Source: the human T2T-CHM13v2.0 reference genome, Homo sapiens
Reading direction: 5' to 3' (one strand)
Length of the DNA stretch: 64,000 nucleotides
Assembly (NCBI RefSeq): GCF_009914755.1
Contig: NC_060925.1
Of this stretch, positions 18,561-34,935 are shown in pieces. Below the pieces are notes generated by a model, which was not told where the DNA came from, made no database searches, and worked only from the letters and a program-made list of their open reading frames with translations. The position numbers were made by a program, and so were the translations under genes. How positions within the stretch are numbered: the stretch's first letter is position 1; each line of letters starts with the position of its first letter.

Positions 18561-19391
18561 CTCTTGATTGTTAAAGAGTGATATTATATTAAATCATTAA
18601 CATATTTGGAATACACAGAATCCTCAGCAAGGTGGTTAAAGTTTCTCTGTGGTTATCAACTAATTATTCATTTTATTTTCCAACAATGACTTTCAAAGGA
18701 GTCACCACCACAAATCCACATGAACAATAACTGCATTTTGTCTGATGATAAGGAAATCCAAAAAATCATTTCACACTTTCTTCTCATAGCATCCCCAATC
18801 TGTGTAGCACGTTTCAGGGTTGATAACACCCACTGTTCTCACAACATTGACTGTTGAGTTCACCTGGTTAAGTTGTGTATGATTCAACCCCATCGTACAG
18901 CCTGCAAGGATCATGAGGAGTTGCTGAATGGAATTCCTCACACTTCTAAATTACTTTAATACATTTCCAGAATATAGTGTAATTAGAAGGCCATCATTGC
19001 TATTTGACTCAATAAAAAAACTTGAAAAGTCATGTGGTTGCTGACTACAGACGGGATCACACTCGATTAAATCTAAAAATCCTCAAAGATCTCATTTCTA
19101 GTCATACTCCTTGGGTTAGTGAAATGTTATCCATTCTTAATATCCAGAAATGTTTATTTCTTGAGATACTGTTGAAGCACTAAGGAATGCAGACTAGAAC
19201 AGTGAAAGATTAATGATTTTGGAGTCTGTTCTGTGTCAGATGTGGACTGCACCTCTTATAAGCTATGTATACTTGGGCAAATTAATCTTTTTGAGATGGC
19301 AATATCAGTGTACAACTGAGAATTACTCTGAATATTAATGTAATAAACTCTAATATTCACCTAATAATATAATAAAGTTTTGTTACAATGC

Positions 19392-19738
<347 letters not shown>

Positions 19739-20282
19739 TTAAAGTGAAGCTCTCTTTGAACCCTTATTTTTAGATAAGCAAAATTGTTAATGATTATAGA
19801 TTAGAGGTTATAAAATACAAGGGAACACCAATGGGTATGAATTTAGGAACGGCAGTATCACCCAAGGTAGGAGAGTGGGTGGATAAGACATGTGAAATCT
19901 CAAGTAAGACCAGTAGATTTTGAGTTCTGCCTCTGCCATTTCCTGGCTGTGTGGCCCTGGGCAATGTACTTGTCACTCTGTTGCTTCTGATAGCAAAAGG
20001 GATGGTGAAATAGATTCAAGTTGAAGAAAGATAAGGTGTAAAGTGTTTTCTTTGGCTGTTGTGTGGAGGTTGGATTACAGCAGGAGTGTAAGGAAGAGGA
20101 AAGGATATCAGTGTTTCAGGTGAAGTCCAGGTGGCCTGGACCAGGGTGTGATGGGGGAGTGAAGAGAAGTAGGAAGTGAAAATTAATTGGATTTGGTTGG
20201 TGAGAGAGTGGTCAAGGGTGACTCCCAGGTTTCTAGTTTGTGTTATTATAAGTAACACAAAAGAATGGATGAACTTCATTGA

Positions 20283-20617
<335 letters not shown>

Positions 20618-21316
20618 TGATATCTATCATACCTGCAAAAAATATTTTGTATATATTCAATTTAAAGAGTAATAATAAAATACTTATTTATTCCTTAGGT
20701 CAGTTGTGAAAAATAATTCCCTAATATACTTAAAGCCTTTGAGTCCCCCCATCCTTCCCCCCAGACGTACTCTCTATTCTGAATTTGTGTTAATCTTGCC
20801 TTTGCTATTGACTGTTTTTACCATATACGTATCTATTCCTAAATAACATAGTGATTGATTTTGTATGGTTTTGAACTTTGTTTATTCTGTTTGGAGTTCA
20901 TTGAACTTTTCTAATCCAAAGGTTTATAGTCAATAAAATTTGAAAAAACAAAGAAACCTCTGAAAAAAGAGAAAAAAATAATTTAGGGATGGCAATGAGT
21001 ACAATTTGATACAAAATAATGCACTGATAATGTACGACTAAAAAGGTTTGGGGGTACAGAATGAGATGTCGACATGCAAATTTATGTAATTTATTTCATT
21101 TTATTTACATTTTGGCATAATTCAATAATATGCCTCTTAATCAGAGACTGAACCAAAGAAACAACCTTTTGACTGAGTCCTTTTTCCCACATTTTAAATG
21201 CATTCATTTGTCTTAAACCCCAAAAGTTATTTTGTTACTGTGCACAACTGCTAAAAGGACAGTGTGTTAAAAATTAGGAGTGAGTAGTCTTTAAATAAAT
21301 CCTTAATTTGTTTTAA

Positions 21317-21442
<126 letters not shown>

Positions 21443-22216
21443 CCACGGCATTCGAACAAAATAACGTTTGGCATTCTTAGGTGGCCCTTTTAGACTAAGT
21501 TAATGGCAGCAGAACTACTTTCAGTTTCAGTGTGTATACAGATGGCTATAATCCTAAAATATTTACATGTTGCAAATTCTTTGCAGATTAAGTTGGTCAG
21601 CTTAGAACAGGGAATCAAGATCTATCCTTAAGAGAACTTGAATTTAAGCCCCACTCCCAGTCTTATTGCTGATGCTGGCAAGCTATCTTACATTTAGGCC
21701 AATGTATACGCAGGATCAGGTAAGAAGATCATTGTGTCTGCACAATAATTGCATCCCTGTTGGGAAAAATAAAAAAAAGAACCGGGGGGACATGGCCAAT
21801 TATAAAGAAAACTGGCACTGGAGACCCTCAAGGGGCTCTGGATGGAGAAACCCAGGTGTAGCCTGAGGCTGTAGCGAGATGTGGGACTGATAAAAAGGAT
21901 TAACTGAGAGTCTGTGTCCAGGAGTTAGCACCCCTATCTTGGCAAGAAGAAAGCCTGACAACTAGGCATCAGCTCCTCAGGCAGAAAGCTAAAGGGTCTT
22001 CTCTAGGGAGAGGAAAGAATCCCAAAGGAAAAAAACCTTACATTTGGCTTCTAGGGACCCCTGCCCTCCCCCAGTTCCCCAGCATACTAGTTGACTCCCT
22101 CCTCACTCACTCTAAAGTAACACCTATTAACTGATAAACTTCTCCCAAGAATGCAGAGTTCCATATAGTTTTCCATTGCCTTAGTCTTAAATGTGAAGGG
22201 CCAATCAATGATCAAA

Positions 22217-23197
22217 TGATAGGGTTCTCCAGAGAAACAGAAACAGAATATATATATATATACATATATATTATTATATATCTATAATATATATTATTAA
22301 TAATCTAATAATATATTATTTTATATATAATATATAAATAATAGATATATTATTAATAATCTAATAATAGATATATTATATATATAAATAGAATATATAT
22401 ATGTATTATGTATGTATGTATGAAATGAGGATTTGTTTTGATGGATTGGCTTGTGCAATTATGGAGGCTGAGAAGTCCCAGGATCTGCCATCTGCAAGCT
22501 GGAAGCTCGTGAAAGCTGGTGGTGTGGTTCCAGTCCAAGTTCGAAGGTTGGAAAACTGGGGAACCAATGTTGTAAGTTTAGGTCCAAGTTTGATGGCCTG
22601 AGAACTAGGAGTGCTGATGTCAAAAGACAGGAGAAGATGCATGTCCTGGCTCAACCAGAGACGGCAAATTCATCCTTCCTCCATCTTTTGGTTCTATTAA
22701 GGCACTCAAAGGATTGGATAATGCCTGTCCACGTTGGTGAAGGACACCTGCTTTATTCAGTCTACTGACTCAAACACTACTCTCCTTCAGAAACCCCTTC
22801 ACAGATACACCCAGAAATAATGTTTTGCCAGCTAACTAGGCATCCCTTAGCCCAATCAAGTGAAGAAATAAAGTTAACCATCAGGCCAGGTATAGGGGCT
22901 CACTCCTGTAATTTCTGTGCTTAGGGAGGCAGAAGTGAGTGGATCACTTGAGGAAAGGAATTTGAGACCATCCTGGGCAACATGGTGAAACCCCACCTCT
23001 ACAAATAAATACAAAAATTAGCCAGGCATGGTGGTGCATGCCTATAGTCCTAGCTACTCAGGAGGCTAAGGTGGGAGGATCACCTGAGCCTGAGGAGTTC
23101 GAGGTTGCAGTGAGCCATGATCACACCACTGGACTCTAGCCTGGGTGACAGAGTGAGACCCTGTCTCGATTAAAAAAAAAAAAAATTAACCATCACA
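22217..23197 (-). mobile_element. MLT2-family 3' LTR with AT-rich expansion, interrupted by an AluJ
   Basis: agggttctccagagaaacagaa ... ttaaccatcaca; Alu flanked by duplicated ttaaccatca. Confidence 0.85.
22884..23185 (+). mobile_element. AluJ-like within the MLT2 LTR
   Basis: Alu consensus. Confidence 0.85.
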
Positions 23198-23464
23198 AGT
23201 TTACCCCTTGTCAACTTGGCACCCATAAACATCTTAAACCATACTTAACTTCCAAATAAATAACAAGGTCATAATCCTGCCTAACATGATATTAACATTC
23301 TGCGCACAACCGAAAACACACTAATCCCAGGGTGTTTACCTCCCGGAAGAGGAGGTGAAGTCTTTGAATGATGTTTACTCTTCTGATAGTCTATAACTTA
23401 AATACTATGATGTAGCATTAACAATACTCAAATACTATATATAAGGTCAGTACATCTTATGTTA

Positions 23465-23905
<441 letters not shown>

Positions 23906-25095
23906 TTATAAAATGCTGCCTTCTCCTACTATCCATTCTGTATCCCTTTTGACTTCAACACATAACTCAGCAGTCATGGTTCTTTACCAGGTGGAGTGGC
24001 CTAAACCTCCATTCCTGAAGGGTTTGGTCATTAGTAGTCCTGCCTGGATTGGGTTGGGACATGGTAATACTGAGAGACATCCTAAGTGATCCATATCCCA
24101 GAAATATTCTTCCTTTGTGGAGTAGTGGAGTAGTTCAATTTCCCCTTGGTCGTCCAGATCAACCGCCCCAACCAGCAACATAACTTCCTTCTTAGCTTGC
24201 TGACTCTGAGGCGTGAGGAGCCTAAAATGGCTGGGCAGCAGTCTTAAGTCCAGTCCAGCAGGATCATTGTTTCTCCTAGTGGAAGCATTCCTCCCTCTGG
24301 AACTAAGGTCTCTAGGCCAGCAGAGCATAAAATCCTGGGAGCAGTAAGCAAACATTTTGCTAATGGGTTACTAAGGGTAATAGTGAGTCATGCCACTCCC
24401 ATTTCTACCTCTTGATTCCTGGATCTGTGAATCCTAGCTATGGGAGAGCGAGCACCATATACTGGACACTGATTCAGAGCATTTGCAGTCTTCTGGAGAA
24501 CCTTGCTGCACCCCTGCAAGGTATTGCCGCCTAGCTGGTACCGTTAACTGATTCTCCGAAAGGCTATTCCACAGCTCTATCAAGCCAGCGGCTTCTGGTT
24601 AGTGGGGAACATAGTAAGATCAAAAAATTCCATGCACATAAGCCCATTGCTGCACTTCTTTTGCTGTAAAGTTGAATTCTTTAATCAGAAAGCAATGCTG
24701 TATGGAATACCATGATGGTGGATAAGGCATTCTGGAAGTCCACAGATAATAGTTTTGGCAGAAGTATCGTGTTCAGGGAAGACAAATCCACATCCAGAGT
24801 AAGTGTCTATTTTAGTAAGGACAAACTTCTATGATGGAAGCAATCCAATGTAATCAACCTGCCACCAGGTAGCTGACCGATTGCTCCAGGGAATGGTGCC
24901 ATACTGGGGGCCAGGTTGGCCTTGGTGAGTTGAAGTCCATGTTGCTGAGCCCATGTGTAATCTCCTTCCTTGCCACCATGGCTATTTTATTCATGAGCCC
25001 ATTGGGTAATTACAGTGGTGGCTGGAGAAAGTATCTGACTTGTATCCACAGAATGGGTCATCCTATCCATTTGATTATTAAAATCCTTCTCTGTT

Positions 25096-25395
<300 letters not shown>

Positions 25396-25504
25396 AATTA
25401 ACAAAATCCTCTGTTGAGGTTCCCTTCAATGAACATTCACATGGGATAAATGTCTTTGTGTTTTTTGCCCAGAGAGATCTATCCAAATACCTGTTCCCTA
25501 AATT

Positions 25505-25968
<464 letters not shown>

Positions 25969-26615
25969 TCACTAAATTTCCAATCACATTGGGCCATCCG
26001 GCCAAACCACTGGCTACAGCCCATGAATATTTAATTGCACACTGGCCATTTCTCCTTCCAAGCAAAGTGCGTAACTAAGTCTACGACGCAAAGTTATGCC
26101 CCACTGGGAGGATTTCTCTTTCCCGCTGTCCGGGGCGCTCCAGCGAGGGACTGCGGTGCTGTAGCTGTCCACTTGCAGGCACTGCTGCATATCATGCAGG
26201 GCCATCTGTACAACAGGCCCCAGTCTTCTTTTTCTGTGTCAGCTGATCATAGGCAACTCCCCATGAAGCCACAGGTTCAGGCTGAGAAGGAGAAACAGTA
26301 TAGAAGGAATGGGGACCGTGGACATGTAGACCACTTCTTATAACCCACTTGTGCCTTCAGAAGGCCCTGTTAGGGCCTAATCACAAATATACCACTTGCA
26401 TTTGAGAACCGGATGTTGTGTGCTATGCACGCCCAACTTTATGGCGTGGCGGGTCAGATTACATCAGTTCATGATGGGCAGCTAGGGTTGCACGGTAACT
26501 TGGTGGCCCATGGTCAAGCATTTAGTCTCTGCTAAAGCCCAGTAGTAGGCCAAGAGTTGTCTCTCAAAAGGAGAGAAGCTATCCAAGGATGTTGGCAGGG
26601 CCCTGCTCCAAAATT

Positions 26616-28518
26616 TTTTTTTTATACTTTTTTCTGCCTTTTTTTTTTTTTTTTTTTTTTTGGTAAACCAAACCAACGATAAAACAACTATTTGAAATTT
26701 TACACTAATGTAGAGATTTTGCTGGTCCCCCACATAAAAATACTATTTCCTTGCAAAACAATCCCCAATTGCAATGGTGGGTTACTCCCAGTTCATCAGA
26801 CCCTATCGAGCAATGCACTCTCATTCCCCACACCTGGCTAACTATTGCCATTAATGTAAACCACAGCAAAAGGGGATAAACAGTTTAGCAAAACTCTACA
26901 CAACTGGAGTCAGTTCTGTTACATCTGCTGGGTTCCTCTTTTCTTTTGTTCATGCTTACGAACTTGGAATGTCCACACCTGGCTTGACAGAAGCAGCACA
27001 GGGGCAGCTTGGACCCAATATAGGCCTGAACTGGGCAGGTTTCCTGAGCCCAGCCCAGAAAACCAAGCAGAACAAAGGTGTCCCAGGGTTTCTCTGGAGC
27101 AGCAGAAGCAGCACCATGCCTGTCTCCCATCGCCTGGTCTCCTCACTGAGGGGAGGCCTGGAAAAATGGCAAGAGTCAGCAGAGGAGAGGGCCCCCATCA
27201 CAGCACAGCGATGCCAGCTGGCATCTTCCTCTTGAAGACCTCTGGACGGAGGACATGATCCCAATGTTTGGCAGTGATCCACAGAAAACCCTCTGTATGG
27301 AGGGGACCCAAACGGGAACCCAAGACAGCTGGTTTGAGCCTCGAGCACCCCTGTTGACAGACACCTACTTGAGGTTTTCAGAGACTAAAGGGATGGGAGT
27401 GTGCAGGAATGGGAGTAACAGGTGCTGCTGCTTCTCAAGCTCCATCTCAGCAGCCCTCTGTAGTTGGAGGACTGGAAGCAGCTGGAAGCTGCTGAAGCCT
27501 CTTTGTCTCGTTCTAGGGATGTGGCTGGTGGCATGTTGGAGAGTGCACCTGTGGGGCTTCCAGCCTCAGTCCTGGTCAGCAGGGTGAGTGTGCTACCAGG
27601 AGTCAGAGTATTGGGGGGCTCCGGCTCCCGCCGTGGGAAGGGGGCTGCAGGCTTTCCACGCTGGCCTGAGCAGAGCAGCACGCAGCACACACACAGGGAG
27701 AGCACATCTGTGGGGGCTGGGACAGACACAGGCAGCCCTGAAGGGCTGCTGCCACTGGGCTGGGCCACATCTGAGGCCTCACCCCCACCTCGGGAAAGGG
27801 TAAACTGATTCGCATCTTTGCAGTCTGGGAGACGCCACTGCCAGCCGTTGATGAACCAGTTACACATCTGCAGTGCTGACAGGTTGGTCTGACCAGAAAG
27901 GCTCAGCTTCCCCGGCCCCAGGGGGAGGCATTACAGAGGTGCAAGTACAGCCAGTCCCCAAGGATCTCCACTGACTCCTTGGACAGGCTCCCCCTGATCT
28001 TCCTCTTGCCTGCCAGGGAGAGGAGGCCTTCGTCTTCACCTAGATCACTGTCCAATGTGGTGCCTAGGGGCTAGGCTGGACCTGGGGCAAGCCTTGCAGA
28101 GACAGTGGTGAGCCATCTCTACTGATTGCTTCTTGGATGTTCTCCTTGGTCAGGCCCCTTGGCCTGGTACCAGACTCAGCCTCTGAAAATCCAGATGAAT
28201 GAGCAAGGCCCTATCCTTCACTTGGTGCTGTGACCCTGGGCAAGTGTCCTTCCCTCTCTGAGCTTGAGTCCTCTCTTCACTTTTCCTAGTGGTTTTTGGG
28301 CCCGTGCAGCCTCAGGCTCAGGGTGGGGCATCCTGGCAGGGGAACTGGTGGTGGGGAGGGGGGGCGCAGTGCTCCCAGTACCTGCCCCACCTGACAGCTC
28401 ACTGAATGCTCAAATCTGGAAAGCACAGGGGGTCTGACAGTGGATCCCCTCTCCTCCCCTCTGCACCCTCCTCACCCTCCCCCACCTGCCCAGAGGGGAA
28501 AAACATACTTTGTGCTCT
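26616..28518 (-). pseudogene. TGIF2P1: Processed pseudogene of TGIF2 (TALE homeobox repressor); CDS-equivalent 28058-27365
   Basis: Conceptual translation follows TGIF2 (xLDSDLGEDEGLLSLAGKRK...LQMCNWFIN...[19 protein letters not shown]...[11 protein letters not shown]). No intron at the homeobox LQ/IC junction. Start codon mutated to ACA; -1 frameshifts near 27915 and 27497; 15-nt deletion after LPD. A-tail at 26616-26661. TSD TGCTCCAAA(A/G)TT at 26604-26615 and 28519-28530. Confidence 0.93.
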
Positions 28519-28854
28519 TGCTCCAAAGTTCTAAAGGCTGGAGGTGTGACTCACCTCTATGGGCCTACCCAAAGGCTCCCCTACCTGCCATTGACAGATC
28601 TGCTGGTCACATGGCCCAAGCGGCAGAGCAGCTTGCACAGCACCCTGGACCTGTTGCAGAGCCTTCTCTTGTCCTGGGCCCACTCAAAACTCACAGCTTT
28701 TCAGGTAACTCAGTAAACGGCCCAGCGTTAACACACCCAAATGAATATGTTGCCTCCAGAAATCCAAAGAGGCCCAGCAGGTATTGTGCCTCTTTCTTGG
28801 CTGTGGGAGGAGCCAGATGAAACAACTTAATCTTCACCTTAGAAAGGATATCTC

Positions 28855-29245
28855 TACCGAAACAAGCATATGAAAATATCTAGTATCAACTGAAATGTTT
28901 CTATTCCATTGTTGTAATTAACATCACGAATGGACTTCCTAAACTGATTACCCCACTGTGGGAACCAAATTGGATTCCTACTTTGTTGGACTCTTTCCTG
29001 ATTTTAACAATTTACCATCCCATTCTCTGCTCTGCGATTTTTTAAAAGCTTATTCCATGTTCTGCAGCATTGTGATTGTATGCTGGCTACACTGCTTTCA
29101 GAATGCTCTTTCTCATGAAACAAATACATAAATTTGTTTAAAATGACATTCTCTCAAAAGAAAGAAAAGGAAAGAGAAAGAGAAACAGAAAGAAAGAAAG
29201 AAAAGAAAAAAAGAGAGAGAAAGGAAGGAAGGAAGGAAGAGAGAA
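28855..29245 (+). pseudogene. 5'-truncated retrocopy of an mRNA 3' end (3'UTR only; parent unconfirmed)
   Basis: ~300 nt UTR-like sequence; decayed signal CATAAA at 29127-29132; A/G-rich tail from 29156; TSD AGAAAG(A)GATATCTC at 28841-28854 and 29246-29260; TT|AGAA endonuclease site; ERV-L pol sequence resumes exactly on both sides. Confidence 0.8.
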
Positions 29246-30033
29246 AGAAAGAGATATCTCGACACCACACACCACTGGACCCCTAGAAATTTCACTGAGG
29301 TAAAGACCCCTGAATTTCAGTTGGATTTATTACCCACTCTTTGACATGGTAATGTCTTACCATATGTCTACAGTTATGGCTACTTCTTGCTCACTATGTC
29401 CAATCAGCAAAATGTCATCAAAGTAACGGACCAACGTGGTATCTTGTGGAAGGAAAGGGTGATCAAGATCCCCATGAACTAAATTATGACCTAGGGCTGG
29501 AGAGGTGATATGCCCCTGAGACAGGACAGTGAAGGTGCATTGCTGGTCATGTCACTGAAAGCAAGCTGCTTAGGGTGGGCCTTATGGAGAGGGATGGAGA
29601 AAAGGCATTTTCCAAGACAATAGCTGCATACCAGGTAGCAGGAGATGTGCTGATTTTCTCAAGCAATGACACATCTGGTACAGCAGCTGCAATTGGAGTC
29701 ACCATCTGGTTAAGCTTATGATAATCCACTGTCATTCTCCAAGATCCATCTGTCTTCTGCACAGGCCAAATAGTGTTGAATGGGGATGTGGTGGGAATCA
29801 CCACCCTGTCAGTTTCCTTAGGTAATGCAGGGTTTCCTCAGAGGAGAAAAGGCTGATATCACTGTGAGTGGGAATGCCACTGTCACTGGGTTTGGGGAAG
29901 GCACTTCCACTGGGATTGGGAGACACTGGCAAAAAAGACTCATCAGATTTTAGGGGCTCAATGTCTCCAGCTTTATCTAGGTCTTCCCAAACATCCCCAT
30001 TTCAATTGACAGGATTCCACTATTTCCTAATTA

Positions 30034-30288
<255 letters not shown>

Positions 30289-30426
30289 TCAACATGCGCT
30301 GTAATTCATCAAGTCCCAGGATTTGACTCTCAGCAATTTCAGTGACATTAGGAGCAACCAACCAATGCTATTATACTCCTTAGTTTTCCAAAAATGTTTA
30401 AAAGTATCAGACACAGAACCCTTGAG

Positions 30427-30435
<9 letters not shown>

Positions 30436-30466
<31 letters not shown>

Positions 30467-30749
30467 AGAGGTAGTGTCTCGCTCTGTCGCCCAGGCTGGA
30501 GTACAGTGGCACAATCTCGGCTCACTGCAAGCTCCACCTCCCGGGTTCACACCATAATCCTGCCTCAGCCTCCTGAGTAGCTGGAACTACAGGCGCACGC
30601 TGCCACACTCAGCTAATTTTTTATATTTTAGTAGAGACGGGGTTTCACCGTGTTGCCCAGGCTGGTCTTGAACTCCTGAACTCAGGCAATCTGCCTGCCT
30701 CGGCCTCCCAAAGTGCTAGGATTACAGGCATAAGCCACCGTGCCCAGCC
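30436..30749 (-). mobile_element. Alu within ERV-L
   Basis: Alu consensus, TSD ccttgctt. Confidence 0.9.
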
Positions 30750-30859
30750 TCCTTGCTTCCTATAAGGAGTTGATTAGGAGTATCCAAGCATGGACTATTA
30801 TCAGGGCTCTCTTTACTACTGGATACAGAATCATCAGCCCCTTTAAATCCAATCAGATT

Positions 30860-30960
30860 ACCATTAAGAAAATATCTAAAATATATACACAAAGGAAAAG
30901 ATTAGGAAATTAAACAAAACCCTACAAAAAAAAATCAGCTAAGGACAAAAGAATGCAGTA
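30860..30960. repeat. Inverted local duplicate of 32284-32382
   Basis: Manual alignment: 5 substitutions plus a 2-nt A-run indel over ~100 bp. Confidence 0.9.
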
Positions 30961-31039
30961 TTTCAGAAGCCCCAGAAACAATTCAAAAAACTAATTCTTA
31001 GAACTTTCTTATTCTAGTACCATTCTTGGTACCAAAATC

Positions 31040-31111
31040 TGCATTAATTAGGGTTCTCCAAGGAAATAAAACTAATACAATGTGCGTATATATATACACA
31101 TATACATACAC

Positions 31112-31146
<35 letters not shown>

Positions 31147-31575
31147 TACACAAAGAGACTTATGAGGGATTGGCTCACATGAACACCATGCCTGGAAGGT
31201 CCCACAACCTACCATCTGCAAACTGGAGGCCCAGGAAAGCTGCTGGTGTAGTTCCAGTCCAAGCCAAAAGGCCTTACAACCAGGGGAGCCAATGGTGTTC
31301 AGTACCAGCCCAAATTCAAAGGCCAGAGAAGATGAATGTCCCAGCTCAAGCAGAGAGCAAATTCACTATTCCTCTGCCTTTTTGTTCTATTAAATATCTG
31401 GACACTCAACAGATTGGACGATGCCCATCCACATTGGTGAAGGCAATCTTTACAGTTCATTGATTCAAATGTTGATCTCTTCCAGAAACACCTTCATAGA
31501 CACACCCAGAAACAAGGTTTTAACCTTGTTTCTGGGCATCCCTCATCCCAGTCAAGTTGACATATTACCATCATA
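31040..31575 (-). mobile_element. MLT2-family 5' LTR with internal (TA)n(CA)n
   Basis: Typical MLT2 termini and body; homologous to 22217-23197. Confidence 0.85.
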
Positions 31576-31644
31576 TCATAATTTGACATGAGATTTGTCA
31601 AAATAATTACATCCATAAAATGCAAAAAAGCAATCTTCCTAATT

Positions 31645-34935
<3,291 letters not shown>

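Noticed and set aside
18740-18900. Box C/D snoRNA (TGATGA ~18743)
   Set aside because: Box C lacks the purine, and I found no suitably placed CTGA with a terminal stem.
21768-21778. SPMIP3 poly(A) signal AATAAA
   Set aside because: It runs straight into a genomic A-run at the edge of repeat-like sequence; cannot be called the true site from sequence alone.
26885-27808. Multiple + and - ORFs across the pseudogene
   Set aside because: By-products of GC-rich former CDS and UTR sequence with few stop codons.
27365-28058. Functional TGIF2LX/Y-type retrogene
   Set aside because: Lost start codon, two frameshifts and a damaged recognition helix; close to TGIF2 itself.
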